DNA from: Candidatus Latescibacterota bacterium
Lineage (GTDB): Bacteria > Latescibacterota > UBA2968 > UBA8231
Length of the DNA: 64,000 nt
Direction of reading: 5' to 3'
Assembly (NCBI GenBank): GCA_965203355.1
Contig: OZ241889.1
Location: forward strand, 3,680,001-3,744,000
Below are positions 27,373-37,492 of the stretch, one piece after another. Positions within the stretch are counted from its first letter, which is position 1. The number at the start of each line of letters is the position of its first letter. The translations under genes and the position numbers were made by a program. The notes below the pieces were generated by a model, which made no database searches, was not told the origin of the DNA, and worked only from the letters and a program-made list of their open reading frames with translations.

Positions 27373-28176
27373 TCAGTACAGCTCATTGACAAAGTGCAAC
27401 TTGCCGTGCGGCGGGCGCTGGTACTCGCCGTGCGGCGGACGCGGCGGCAGCTTGATCTTTTTTGGCATCACGTCCTCGTAGGGCAGTTGGCTGAGGATGT
27501 GCGCGATGCAGTTGAGACGTGCCCGCCGCTTGTCGTCGGCCTCCACTGTGTACCAAGGCGCTTCGGGAATGTCCGTGTAGAAAAACGCCTCGTCTTTGGC
27601 CTTGGAATACTCGACCCACATGTTCCGCGACTTGATGTCCATCTCGCTGAGCTTCCAGTGCTTGAGCGGATTGCGGGCGCGCTCCTGAAAGCGGTTTTCT
27701 TGCTCCTCCGCGCTCACCGACAGCCAGTACTTGAGCAGGATAATCCCCGAGCGCACTAGCATGCGCTCAAACTCCGGGCACGAGTGGAGAAACTCCCAAT
27801 ACTCCTCCTCGGTACAAAAGCCCATCACCCGCTCGACGCCGCTGCGGTTGTACCAACTGCGGTCGAAGACCACAATCTCGCCCGCGGCCGGCAGGTGCGC
27901 CACGTAGCGCTGAAAGTACCACTGGGTGCGCTCGCGGTCCGACGGCGTACCCAAGGCCACCACGCGCGCCCCGCGCGGGTTGAGCGGCGCGGTGATGCGC
28001 TTGATGACACCGCCTTTACCCGCTGTATCGCGTCCCTCAAATACGATCACGACCCGCAGGCCCTGATCCTTAATCCAGTGCTGCAACTTGACCAGTTCGT
28101 AGTGTAGCTTGGTCAATTCGCGCTCGTAGTCTTTCCTCTTCATCTTCTCCGCCTTGGCGGCTTTTTTGGTTTTCAT
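27373..28176 (-). CDS. ppk2: Polyphosphate kinase 2
   Basis: FEGRDTAGKGG, QWYFQRY, FDRSWYNR and ADDKRRAR motifs; ATG at 28176 with a GGAG RBS. Confidence 0.95.
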   Translation of the reverse strand: MKTKKAAKAEKMKRKDYERELTKLHYELVKLQHWIKDQGLRVVIVFEGRDTAGKGGVIKRITAPLNPRGARVVALGTPSDRERTQWYFQRYVAHLPAAGEIVVFDRSWYNRSGVERVMGFCTEEEYWEFLHSCPEFERMLVRSGIILLKYWLSVSAEEQENRFQERARNPLKHWKLSEMDIKSRNMWVEYSKAKDEAFFYTDIPEAPWYTVEADDKRRARLNCIAHILSQLPYEDVMPKKIKLPPRPPHGEYQRPPHGKLHFVNELY

Positions 28177-28320
28177 CCCCAATCTCCATCGCTTGCAGTT
28201 CGACGTTTAAGAAAACGTACATAAGACAGCAACGCGAGAAAACCTACCTCGCCCCATCTTGCTCGACCCCGACCAGCCGCGTACCTTGTCGCCCACACCG
28301 CTAAACCGACGAGGACCATT

Positions 28321-29853
28321 ATGAGCCAATCACCCCGCCCCAACCTGCTCTACATCCACTCCGATCAACACAGCCCCTACGTCGCGGGCTGCTACGGCGA
28401 CTCCTTGGTCAAAACCCCCCACCTCGATGCCCTCGCCGAGCGCGGCGTGGTATTCGACAACACCTATTGCCCCTCGCCGATTTGCGTCCCCTCGCGGATG
28501 TCCATGCTTTCGGGCCGCTACCCCTGCGACAACCAAGTCTGGACCAATGCCCACATCCTCGACTCGGGCATCCCCACCCTCGCCCACGCCATGGGCGCGG
28601 GCGGCTACCGCCCGGTTCTCATCGGCCGCATGCACTCGGTCGGGCCAGACCAGCTACACGGGTACGCCGAGCGACTCGTCGGCGACCACGGCCCCAACCA
28701 GCCCGGGGGCCAAGGCGTTGATCACGGCCAACTCTCGGGCACGGCCGGGCCGGGCCGCGTCAGCCTGCGCCTGTCCGGCCACGGCCAGAGCACCTACCAA
28801 GTCCACGACGAAGACGTCGCCGCCGCGACCATTGACCGCCTCAACCGCCTCGGCGTCGCCAAGCGCGCAGGCCAAGCCGCAGAGCCGTTTTCGCTTTCGG
28901 TTGGTTTCATGTTGCCGCATCAGCCTTTTGTCGCCCGCTTGCAAGACTATCGCTACTACTACGAAAACATCACCCCACCGCAAACCCCCGAACCCTTCGG
29001 CGACCATCTCCATCCCCACATCAAAGGCTGGCGTCAAGCCTGCGAGATCGAGGAAGTCAGCGCCGAGGAAACCCGCCGCGCCCGCGCCGCCTATTGGGCG
29101 CTAGTCCACCGCATGGACGCGCTAATCGGCCAGATCATAGCCGCGCTGCGGGAAAACGACTTAGAGGAAAACACCCTCATTCTTTACACATCGGACCACG
29201 GCGAGCAAGTCGGCGAGCACGGGCTGTGGTGGAAACAGACCTTTTACGAGGACTCGGTTAAGGTGCCAGCCATACTCGCTTGGCCCGGGCGCTTGCCCGC
29301 AGGTACCCGTTGCGACCGAGTGATTTCTTCACTCGACCTCAACGCCACCCTGCTCGACGCCTTGGGCTGCCCGGCCTTGCCCCACTCGCGGGGCCGCAGC
29401 CTATTGCCCTTGCTTGCCGATCCCCAAAACGCCGCGTGGGACGACGTCGCCTTCTCCGAGTTCTGCCAAGACGAAGCCGGGGCCGGCGGCCCCTTCCCGG
29501 ATGCGGGCATTTTTCAGCGCATGATTCGGCGCGGGCCTTGGAAACTCAACTACTACCACGGGCAGCCCTGCCAGCTTTTCGACCTCCAAGCCGACCCCCG
29601 CGAGCGCTGCGACCTAGCGGCCGACCCGGCGCACCAAGAAACGCTGGCCGCCCTCAAAGCCGAGGTCCTAGACGGATGGGACCCAGCGTGGATCGCCGCA
29701 CGCCTAGCCGCGCTCCGCGCCGACCGATCCATCCTAGCGGAGTGGGGCCGCACCATACAGCCCCCGGACCAGTGGCGCTGGAAGCTCGACCCGGCCATGG
29801 ATTACCTCGACCCCGAACAGCTCGACGACAGCCAGCGCAGTACCAACAAATGA
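28321..29853 (+). CDS. Sulfatase (choline-sulfatase-like, Cys-type)
   Basis: HSDQH, CVPSR (CxPxR), SDHGE and KQTFYE motifs. Confidence 0.9.
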   Translation: MSQSPRPNLLYIHSDQHSPYVAGCYGDSLVKTPHLDALAERGVVFDNTYCPSPICVPSRMSMLSGRYPCDNQVWTNAHILDSGIPTLAHAMGAGGYRPVLIGRMHSVGPDQLHGYAERLVGDHGPNQPGGQGVDHGQLSGTAGPGRVSLRLSGHGQSTYQVHDEDVAAATIDRLNRLGVAKRAGQAAEPFSLSVGFMLPHQPFVARLQDYRYYYENITPPQTPEPFGDHLHPHIKGWRQACEIEEVSAEETRRARAAYWALVHRMDALIGQIIAALRENDLEENTLILYTSDHGEQVGEHGLWWKQTFYEDSVKVPAILAWPGRLPAGTRCDRVISSLDLNATLLDALGCPALPHSRGRSLLPLLADPQNAAWDDVAFSEFCQDEAGAGGPFPDAGIFQRMIRRGPWKLNYYHGQPCQLFDLQADPRERCDLAADPAHQETLAALKAEVLDGWDPAWIAARLAALRADRSILAEWGRTIQPPDQWRWKLDPAMDYLDPEQLDDSQRSTNK

Positions 29854-29867
29854 CCCAACAAACTCGC

Positions 29868-30668
29868 TCATTCTTCGCCCCTTTCGCGCCTCTTCACCTC
29901 GTCCCATATCGCGTCTAGGGCCACCAGCGAGAGCGCAGCTACTTCCTCTCCCCGCGCCTGCGCGATCTCCTCTAGGGTGCGGAAGCGACGCTCGAACTTG
30001 GCGACTGCGCGTCTGAGGGCTTGCTCGGGATCTACGTTGAGGAATCGGCTGGCGTTGACCAACGAGAAGAGTAGATCGCCAAACTCCTCCTCGACCGCTG
30101 CGGTTTCACCCCTCTCCCAAGCCTGGCGCACTTCGGCGAATTCCTCTTCGACCTTGTCGAGTGCGCCATCAACCTCGTCCCAATCAAATCCCTGCTGGGC
30201 AACGCGCGCTTGGATGCGATGGGCACGCATTAGGGCCGGGAGGTGCTTGGGAATGCCCTCCAGCAACGACGGCGCCGTTTCCCCTTGCTCCCGACGCTCC
30301 TGCTTTTTGATCTGCTCCCAGCGGAGCAAGACCTCGTCGGCCCCGTCCGCCCGGGCATCGCCAAAGACGTGAGGATGGCGACGAACCAGTTTATCGACGA
30401 TGGCTTGACCGACTGCCTCAATGTCGAAGCGGCCCTCCTCGGCCGCGATCTGGGCGTGGAACACCACCTGTAGCAACACATCGCCCAATTCCCGACATAG
30501 CTCGGCGTCGTCTGCTGCGTCCATGGCTTCAAGAGCCTCGTACACCTCCTCTAATAGGTAGGGTTTGAGCGTGGCATGGGTCTGCTGGCGGTCCCAAGGG
30601 CAGCCAGCCGGGCCGCGCAGACGCGCCATGATAGCAACTAATTCTGAGAAGGAGGAATCGTTTTGCAT
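29868..30668 (-). CDS. mazG: Nucleoside triphosphate pyrophosphohydrolase
   Basis: GCPWD, ELGDVLLQVVFH, KLVRRHPHVF and EEFGDLLF motifs. Confidence 0.95.
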   Translation of the reverse strand: MQNDSSFSELVAIMARLRGPAGCPWDRQQTHATLKPYLLEEVYEALEAMDAADDAELCRELGDVLLQVVFHAQIAAEEGRFDIEAVGQAIVDKLVRRHPHVFGDARADGADEVLLRWEQIKKQERREQGETAPSLLEGIPKHLPALMRAHRIQARVAQQGFDWDEVDGALDKVEEEFAEVRQAWERGETAAVEEEFGDLLFSLVNASRFLNVDPEQALRRAVAKFERRFRTLEEIAQARGEEVAALSLVALDAIWDEVKRRERGEE

Positions 30669-30835
30669 CGTCGTCTCTCATGGTTGAACTTACGTGAAAA
30701 GGAACCGCTCACCACCAACTCAAAAACCTGGCAACGCAAACACGCGCAAGCGATTTACGAAAACATATAACCTATTTATTTTATGAGACTTATGTGCCCT
30801 TTATGCCCCATCTGTAATCAAATTGGCACAAACCC

Positions 30836-30863
30836 TTGACAAGCCATTGCCCCGATTTATATT
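30836..30863 (+). promoter_or_regulatory. Probable sigma70 promoter upstream of parA
   Basis: TTGACA-N16-TATATT. Confidence 0.5.
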
Positions 30864-31024
30864 GAATGCAGGCGGTGATTAGGGCCTTCTGTACAACTCC
30901 CCTGAACACGCTCCCTTTCGCTATGGGAGCAGTCAGTCGGCCCTCTTGATTTGTTTCATTAAATAGCACGGAGTCGCACTTAGGTGCGCTCCGATGAGCT
31001 GATTGAGCCTTTTTGTAGGCTTTA

Positions 31025-31819
31025 ATGGGGCAAGATATGGGTATGGGCAAAATCATCGCTATTGCCAATCAAAAAGGTGGAGTGGGCAAGACAACCACGG
31101 CTGTCAATCTTGCCGCCGGTCTAGCCCTTTTCGGGCACCGAACCCTACTCATCGACTTAGATCCGCAGGCCAATGCCACTAGCAGTTGCGACGCCGAACT
31201 CGGCAGCGACTATGCCTCGACCTACGAGGTTTTGCTAGGCCAGCTCAGCGTCTCCTCGGCGACCTTTCCCACCTATATAAAGGACCTCTTCGTAGTGCCC
31301 GGGCACATTCGCCTCGCAGGTGCCGAAGTAGAGATGGCCGCGATGGTCGGGCGCGATAGACGGCTGGCCGAAGTGCTGGGCCCGATAAAACGACAATACG
31401 AATTTATACTCATTGATTGCCCGCCGTCCTTGGGCTTGCTGACCATCAACGCGCTGAGTGCGGCCGATTCCGTGCTCATTCCGGTGCAGTGTGAATACTA
31501 TGCCTTAGAAGGCGTGAGCAAGCTCAAGGATACCATACGCTTGGTGCGGCGCTATCTCAATCCCAATCTCGAAATCGAGGGCGTTTTACTTACTTTGTAC
31601 GACAACCGCTTGCAGCTTTGTCGCCACGTGGCCCAAGAAGTACGCAACCACTTCGGCGACAAGGTCTATCAGACGGTCATCAGCCGCAACATTAGCTTGG
31701 CCGAGGCCCCGGGTTTTAGCCAGCCCGTCGCGCTCTACAACGCAGAATCGAGAGGCTTCAGCAACTACAGCAGTTTAGTGTCCGAAATCTGTGCCCATAG
31801 GCCCTCGGTCTTGGCCTAA
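31025..31819 (+). CDS. ParA/Soj family ATPase
   Basis: NQKGGVGKTTT, DLDPQANAT, IDCPPSLG and PVQCEYYALEG motifs; the start may be at 31043. Confidence 0.92.
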   Translation: MGQDMGMGKIIAIANQKGGVGKTTTAVNLAAGLALFGHRTLLIDLDPQANATSSCDAELGSDYASTYEVLLGQLSVSSATFPTYIKDLFVVPGHIRLAGAEVEMAAMVGRDRRLAEVLGPIKRQYEFILIDCPPSLGLLTINALSAADSVLIPVQCEYYALEGVSKLKDTIRLVRRYLNPNLEIEGVLLTLYDNRLQLCRHVAQEVRNHFGDKVYQTVISRNISLAEAPGFSQPVALYNAESRGFSNYSSLVSEICAHRPSVLA

Positions 31820-31920
31820 TCCCCCATCTACCTCCTACATTGTTTTTTCTTGACAATCCCTTGCACTCGCATATTATATTCACTCTTGCATTAAATATCC
31901 AAAAAGAAGGGAGGTTTTCT

Positions 31921-32937
31921 GTGTATTCTTGTACGTCTGCCAACTCAGACGAGGCTACGCGAGGAGGTGCGTCCTCTGACCATCCCGAATTCATCACCCA
32001 AAATGCCCAAGTCCGCCGCCTGCTAGCCCAAGCCGACCGGATCGCTGAGTTCCCAGCGACCGTGCTCCTCACTGGCGAAAGCGGCACGGGCAAAGAAGTG
32101 TTGGCGAGGCGTTTGCACAGGCGCAGCCCAAGGCGCCGGGCCTCGTTTGTGCGTCTCAACTGCGCCTCGCTGCCCGAAGGCGTGCTGGAGAGTGAACTGT
32201 TCGGGCACGAAAAAGGATCCTTTACGGGCGCGGTCCGCCAGCACTTGGGCCGCTTTGAACTAGCGAATCGCGGGACCTTGTTTCTCGACGAAATTGGCGC
32301 AGCGGATATGCGCGTACAACTGCGCCTGTTGCGCGTCCTGCAAGAACGCGAGTTCGAGCGCGTCGGCGGCGCCGAGACTTTGCGGGTAGATGTGCGGGTC
32401 ATTGCCGCCACCAACGTCGATTTGCGGGAAGAGGTCCGCAAGGGAACGTTCCGCGAGGACCTGTTCTATCGGCTCAACGTCGTACCGCTCAAGCTGCCGC
32501 CACTGCGCCAGCGCAAGGGAGACATTCCCCTACTAATCGAGCACTTTATCCGCCGATTGGCCGCGCAAAACGGGTGCAAAATTCGCGGGATTGACGCCGC
32601 GGCCTTAAACCACTTCTTGGCCTATCCATGGCCGGGCAATGTGCGGCAGTTGGAAAACGCGCTCGAACGCATGGTCCTCCTCGCAAGCGATAGCTTGTTG
32701 CGAGAAGAAGACGTGCCCGAAGAGATCGTCCACTGGCAAGACGAAGAAGATCCCGATCTAAGCCAGCGCGATTTTAAGGAAGCGCGGAACTCGTTTGAGC
32801 GACACTTCCTCTGCGAGGCTCTGCACCGACATCGCGGGGTGATTTCGCAAGTAGCCGAAGACGTGGGCCTTTCGCGCAAAAGCCTGTACGCAAAGCTAGA
32901 ACACCTCGACATCGACTACCAACACTACCGCACCTAA
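31921..32937 (+). CDS. Sigma-54-dependent enhancer-binding protein lacking an N-terminal sensory domain
   Basis: GESGTGKE, ESELFGHEKGSFTGA, LFLDEI, FREDLFYRL and WPGNVRQL motifs plus a Fis-type HTH; GTG start at 31921 after GGGAGG. Confidence 0.88.
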   Translation: MYSCTSANSDEATRGGASSDHPEFITQNAQVRRLLAQADRIAEFPATVLLTGESGTGKEVLARRLHRRSPRRRASFVRLNCASLPEGVLESELFGHEKGSFTGAVRQHLGRFELANRGTLFLDEIGAADMRVQLRLLRVLQEREFERVGGAETLRVDVRVIAATNVDLREEVRKGTFREDLFYRLNVVPLKLPPLRQRKGDIPLLIEHFIRRLAAQNGCKIRGIDAAALNHFLAYPWPGNVRQLENALERMVLLASDSLLREEDVPEEIVHWQDEEDPDLSQRDFKEARNSFERHFLCEALHRHRGVISQVAEDVGLSRKSLYAKLEHLDIDYQHYRT

Positions 32938-32938
32938 C

Positions 32939-33997
32939 TCACATGCGCGTGGCGAGCGCACGGCGGAATTTCGCCATCTGGCCTTCGAGATAGCTCCGGT
33001 GCTCGCCATCGGTCGGCTCGATCGCGAGGGCCTGGCGCATAATGGCCACGGCGTGGTCAGGCCGCCCCAACAGGTGTAGCAATTCCGCATAAGTGTCCAA
33101 ATAGACCGGGCTTTCCGCTTCGAGCTTGACCGCGCGCATCGACAGACTCAGCGCATGGCTAAGACGCAAGCCCTCTTCTGCATAGGTCCAAGCCAAGTTG
33201 TTGAGGACCAGCGGATCGTCGGGAGCATCGGCCAAAGCGCGCTCGTAGTATTCAATAGCACCGTCGGGCCGCTCGCGCTCGTAGTAGATGCGGGCGATCT
33301 CAACGGCACTAACGATCCCGGCTGTCAGCGCGTGCTCAAAAGTGCGAGTGGCCTGTTCCGCAAGCCCTTGGCGGAGCTGGCAATCGCCCAAGGTGAGGAC
33401 GAGTTGCCGGTCATCGGGTTGAATGCGCACGGCCTCGGCGAGCGCGGCCTCGGCCTCGGCGAATCGCCCCTGGGCAATCAAAAGGCGACCGAGTTCAATG
33501 TGGGCGAAGAGGTGGTGCTCGTCGAGTCGGATGGCTTGGCGCAGCGCTTCTACGGCGGCGGCGGGCCGCTCTTGCCGGGCGCGGAGCCAGCCCTCGGTTG
33601 CCCACAGCGACGCACTTTCTCCGTGGGCTGCGCGCAGTTGCGCGAGGAGTTTTTCGGTTTGGGCGAAGTGCTCCTCTTTTTTGCCAATGTCGCGCAAGGC
33701 CCGGTACAGGTCGTCGTTGTCCGGTGCCAAGGCAGCGGCTTGGCCGATCAGTTCCAGTGCGGCATCTACTTCGTCTAGGCCCAGCCGGGCGAGGGCGGCG
33801 ATGAGCAGCAAGCGGTCATCCGGCCCGTCTTGGCGAATGGCCCGGCGGGTTTCGGCCAAGGCTTGGTCGTAGAGGCCATCGCGCAAATAGGCGTACGCTA
33901 GCTGGGCGTGCTCGGCTCGATAAGCCCCGCATTGTGGGTTGCTGATGACGAACGCGCCGAGTAGGGCGCAGCACATCGCCTGTCTAGCAACGCGCAT
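32939..33997 (-). CDS. Tetratricopeptide repeat protein
   Basis: Repeated helical TPR patterns; LNNLAW..AE and YLDTYA motifs. Confidence 0.8.
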   Translation of the reverse strand: MRVARQAMCCALLGAFVISNPQCGAYRAEHAQLAYAYLRDGLYDQALAETRRAIRQDGPDDRLLLIAALARLGLDEVDAALELIGQAAALAPDNDDLYRALRDIGKKEEHFAQTEKLLAQLRAAHGESASLWATEGWLRARQERPAAAVEALRQAIRLDEHHLFAHIELGRLLIAQGRFAEAEAALAEAVRIQPDDRQLVLTLGDCQLRQGLAEQATRTFEHALTAGIVSAVEIARIYYERERPDGAIEYYERALADAPDDPLVLNNLAWTYAEEGLRLSHALSLSMRAVKLEAESPVYLDTYAELLHLLGRPDHAVAIMRQALAIEPTDGEHRSYLEGQMAKFRRALATRM

Positions 33998-35236
33998 TCA
34001 AAACTCGTGGCGGTAGGTGCCGATGTGGAGGAGTAAACCGATGGCGAGGAGGTTGGACAGCAGCGAAGAGCCTCCCGAACTGAGGAAGGGCAGCGGCAGG
34101 CCGGTGATGGGCATGACGCCGATAGTCATGCCAACGTTGATAAACACGTGAAAGGTCAGCATCACAGCCAAGCCGAGGGCTGTTAGGCTGTAAAAGGCAT
34201 TGTTGGCCATGGAGGCGATGTGCAGTGCTCGATAAATGAGAAGGAAGAACAGGCCCAGCACTATCAAGGCCATGACAAATCCCCCCTCCTCGGCAATGAC
34301 CGAGAAGATAAAATCGGTATGAGCGGCCGGCAGAAACTGGTGCTTAGTCTGCGTGCCTTCTAGCAGGCCCTTACCCGTCAGCCCGCCGGAGCCAATGGCG
34401 ATCTTGGATTGGATGATGTTCCACCCAGAGCCAAGCGGATCGCTCGCCGGATTGAAGAAGGTCATAATGCGGGCCTTTTGGTATGGGTGCAGAAAATTCT
34501 CCAAAAAGTACACCGTGAGCAAACCCGCCGAGGTATTGACGACGGCCAGGGAAATGGTCAACCAGAGTTGGCGCGTAAAGTGATGAACCAAAAAGGTGCT
34601 GCCGATGACAAAGCCGGCGAAAACATAGGGAGTACTCTGTTGCCACAGCGGATCTAAGGAGCAGAAGACGCTGATGAACGGAGAGAGGAGGAGGAGAATG
34701 AAAAACTTGCGCATCCCCGCCCAATAGAGCATGGGGAAAAACGGCGCACCAAAAGAAATCGCGGTCCCCAAGTCGGGCTGGCGCACGATCAAGGCCATCG
34801 GCACCAATACGAGGACCAAGGCCCCGAAAAAGCCGCCGAAGGAGTTGATGTGTTCGGCGTTGCGATCGCTCAGGTAACGAGCCAGGGCTATGATGGTGGC
34901 GATCTTGGCCAGTTCTGAAGGCTGTAACATCATCGGTCCCAAGCGCAACCAACGAGTAGCATCGCCCGTACCCCACATCAGCACCGCGACTAGGCTCACA
35001 ATGCTGAACAGATACAGCAGGTACGCCACGCTGTAAATGACCTTTTCCGGGATATAGACGATGGCTATGGCCACGGCAAAAGCCAAAACAGCGAATTGGA
35101 GTTGCTTAATCCAAGCGTTCTGCACCGAGGTAGAGTCGTTGTGATACGTAGCACTGTAAATCGCGATGATACCGATCAGTACGGTCGCCAAAGTCGCCAT
35201 CAGGAGCGGAACATCGAGCCTGCGGATCAAGCGCAT
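33998..35236 (-). CDS. rodA: Rod shape-determining protein RodA
   Basis: QPSELAK, QPDLGT, QSKIAIGSGG, HTDFIF and GLPLPFLS motifs; adjacent to PBP2. Confidence 0.95.
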   Translation of the reverse strand: MRLIRRLDVPLLMATLATVLIGIIAIYSATYHNDSTSVQNAWIKQLQFAVLAFAVAIAIVYIPEKVIYSVAYLLYLFSIVSLVAVLMWGTGDATRWLRLGPMMLQPSELAKIATIIALARYLSDRNAEHINSFGGFFGALVLVLVPMALIVRQPDLGTAISFGAPFFPMLYWAGMRKFFILLLLSPFISVFCSLDPLWQQSTPYVFAGFVIGSTFLVHHFTRQLWLTISLAVVNTSAGLLTVYFLENFLHPYQKARIMTFFNPASDPLGSGWNIIQSKIAIGSGGLTGKGLLEGTQTKHQFLPAAHTDFIFSVIAEEGGFVMALIVLGLFFLLIYRALHIASMANNAFYSLTALGLAVMLTFHVFINVGMTIGVMPITGLPLPFLSSGGSSLLSNLLAIGLLLHIGTYRHEF

Positions 35237-35239
35237 GAG

Positions 35240-37018
35240 TTAAAGCATTCCCTCGTTAGTCAACAGCGTGTCCACCTCGGTCACTTCCGGCTCAATGATG
35301 CCCTCTTGAATGCAAAAGGCTTTGACGACCTCGCGCACAACTGGGCCGACGCGCGCCCCGCCACTGCCGCCCCCTTCGACCACGGCCGCGATGGCAATGG
35401 CGGGGTTATCGTACGGGGCAAAAGCCACCATCCAAGCGTCATCCTCCCGACTAGGCACTTGGGCAGTACCCGTCTTGGCCGCAATCGCGACGCCGTCAAC
35501 CCGCGCTCGGCGGCCAGTACCGGTATCGCTGGCCACCACCCGGCGCATGGCCTTTCTCACGATGCTGAGCGTCCGCGACGAAATGCCGTCAATGCGTTGG
35601 CGGCGCGGGGGATCGCCTCTGACGTGTGGCGAGACCAAATAACCGCCGTTGGCAATGGCGGCCACGTAGCGGGCCATCTGCATGGGCGTGACTAACAAGG
35701 AACCTTGACCAATGGAGAGGTTGAGCAAGTGGCCAAAGGACCAGCCACCGCGCTCCTCATGGTACTGGCGCGAGGGCAGGAGACCAGCCAATTCCCCGGG
35801 ATAGGTGATCCCGGTCGGCCGGCCGAAGCCTAACTTGGCCCCGTACTTGTGCCACGTTTCAACGCTCATCAACCGCGCCAAATGGTAGAAGTAAACATTA
35901 CAGGAGACCTCGATCGCCTCCGGCAGGGTCAGGCTACCGTGGCCTGTTCGCTTGTGACAGCGGAACGTGCTCCTACCCACCTGCAATGCACCATAGCAAG
36001 GCTCAAACAGGCTCAGCGTATCGGTGACGCCCGTTTCGAGCGCGGCTATGGCACTGACCATCTTAAACGTCGAGCCAGGCGGATAACGCCCTTGCAAAGC
36101 GCGGTTGAGTAGCATTGTCTCGCTCTGCAACACCCGCCGCCGCTCCTCTTGGGCTTGGAACGACACGAAAATGTTGGGATCAAAACTCGGCTTGCTGACC
36201 AAAGCCAGCACAGCCCCAGTGCGCGGGTCAAGGGCAACCAGCGCACTGGCAAAGCTATCGGGCAAGGCGCGCTCGGCCGCTAGCTGCACTTCCAAGTCAA
36301 GGGTCAGGTGTAGAGGCGCGCCGGGCACGGGAAGCCGATCGCGCTCTGGAAACTCGCGGCCCGTGCGACCGGTCGCGTCAATTTCGACGTACATCATGCC
36401 ATCGCGGCCGCGTAGGCTGTTTTCGTACACTTTCTCAATCCCGGTCTTGCCGATAAAATCGCCGAGTACATAGGCGTTTTCATTGTTCCCTTGGAGATCT
36501 TGGTCGCGGATGATGCCGATATAACCAAGCAAATGGGCGGCGGCTGTACCGTAGGGATAGTAGCGCTGGGTCTCGATTTCAATGTCGAGCAGAGGCCAAT
36601 CGGCTTTGAGTCGCTCTTCGATGATCGATACTGTACGGAAGTCGACATCGCGCTTGAGGCGGATGGTGCGATATTTGCGACTGTATTCTCCGTCTAGTTC
36701 TACATCCCCGATGGCCCTTGTAAACGCTGTGGTGGCCGCCTCAAAGTCCTTGCGCGTGGTGCGCTCTAACGCGACAGTGTAAAAGGGGCGGGTGCGGGCC
36801 AATATGCGTCCATCGCGGTCGTAGATCAGCCCGCGGGGAGCTTTGACGCGCCGCTGAGCAATGCGGTTTTCCTCGGACTCGCGCGCGTAGTCGGCCGAGG
36901 AGACGACCTGCAAATAGAACAGACGCAGGAGCAAAATCGCGAACAACAAGACGACGGGCGCGAGCAGGATTTTGAGGGGCGGGTGCTCATCTTGTGGCAG
37001 TGGATGTTGCATGATCAA
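35240..37018 (-). CDS. mrdA: Penicillin-binding protein 2
   Basis: PRGLIYDR, PGSTFK (SxxK), SCN and KTGTAQ motifs. Confidence 0.95.
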   Translation of the reverse strand: MIMQHPLPQDEHPPLKILLAPVVLLFAILLLRLFYLQVVSSADYARESEENRIAQRRVKAPRGLIYDRDGRILARTRPFYTVALERTTRKDFEAATTAFTRAIGDVELDGEYSRKYRTIRLKRDVDFRTVSIIEERLKADWPLLDIEIETQRYYPYGTAAAHLLGYIGIIRDQDLQGNNENAYVLGDFIGKTGIEKVYENSLRGRDGMMYVEIDATGRTGREFPERDRLPVPGAPLHLTLDLEVQLAAERALPDSFASALVALDPRTGAVLALVSKPSFDPNIFVSFQAQEERRRVLQSETMLLNRALQGRYPPGSTFKMVSAIAALETGVTDTLSLFEPCYGALQVGRSTFRCHKRTGHGSLTLPEAIEVSCNVYFYHLARLMSVETWHKYGAKLGFGRPTGITYPGELAGLLPSRQYHEERGGWSFGHLLNLSIGQGSLLVTPMQMARYVAAIANGGYLVSPHVRGDPPRRQRIDGISSRTLSIVRKAMRRVVASDTGTGRRARVDGVAIAAKTGTAQVPSREDDAWMVAFAPYDNPAIAIAAVVEGGGSGGARVGPVVREVVKAFCIQEGIIEPEVTEVDTLLTNEGML

Positions 37019-37491
37019 GCGGGAAAGAGATAGCGTTTGATGAGCAAGCCGACCAAGAAAACCGCACTGATCAGGCCCGTGAACGCAGCGCGGCCCAAAA
37101 TCTTGAAAATTTCAACTTCAAAAAAGGCCACGTCAGCGCCGGTAAACGTATAATAGATGAGATCATGGACGATCACAGCACAGAAAATCAGCGCGGTCTG
37201 CATTTGAATGCTGTCGGAGACGATGTGAGTATGACTGTAGCCAAAGCCCGCGCCAATGAGCGACTTGGCGAGTGCGTTGACCCCGAGGTCGGCGGGCGTA
37301 TAGAGGTCTTGGAAGATGCCCAGCCCCAGCCCCATATAGGCCCCGACCACCGGCCCGCGGCGCAGCGCAACAAGACTCAACGCCACAATCAATAAATCGG
37401 GTTTGATCGACCCTATCTTAATAGAATCAACCCAAGTGGTTTGCAGGATGAAGGCCAGTGCTAACAAAAAAATATGGCGGACCGCACTCAT
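37015..37491 (-). CDS. mreD: Rod shape-determining protein MreD
   Basis: Hydrophobic protein with IKPDL and G..QD..T...LG.NAL motifs, upstream of mrdA; start trimmed to the ATG at 37491. Confidence 0.82.
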   Translation of the reverse strand: MSAVRHIFLLALAFILQTTWVDSIKIGSIKPDLLIVALSLVALRRGPVVGAYMGLGLGIFQDLYTPADLGVNALAKSLIGAGFGYSHTHIVSDSIQMQTALIFCAVIVHDLIYYTFTGADVAFFEVEIFKILGRAAFTGLISAVFLVGLLIKRYLFPA

Positions 37492-37492
37492 G

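Noticed and set aside
30686-30701. parS site
   Set aside because: Only one arm (ACGTGAAA) resembles the TGTTTCACGTGAAACA palindrome.
30824-30840. Sigma-54 promoter TGGCAC... upstream of parA
   Set aside because: The -12 position reads TG instead of GC at the required GG-N10 spacing, and it overlaps a better sigma70 -35.
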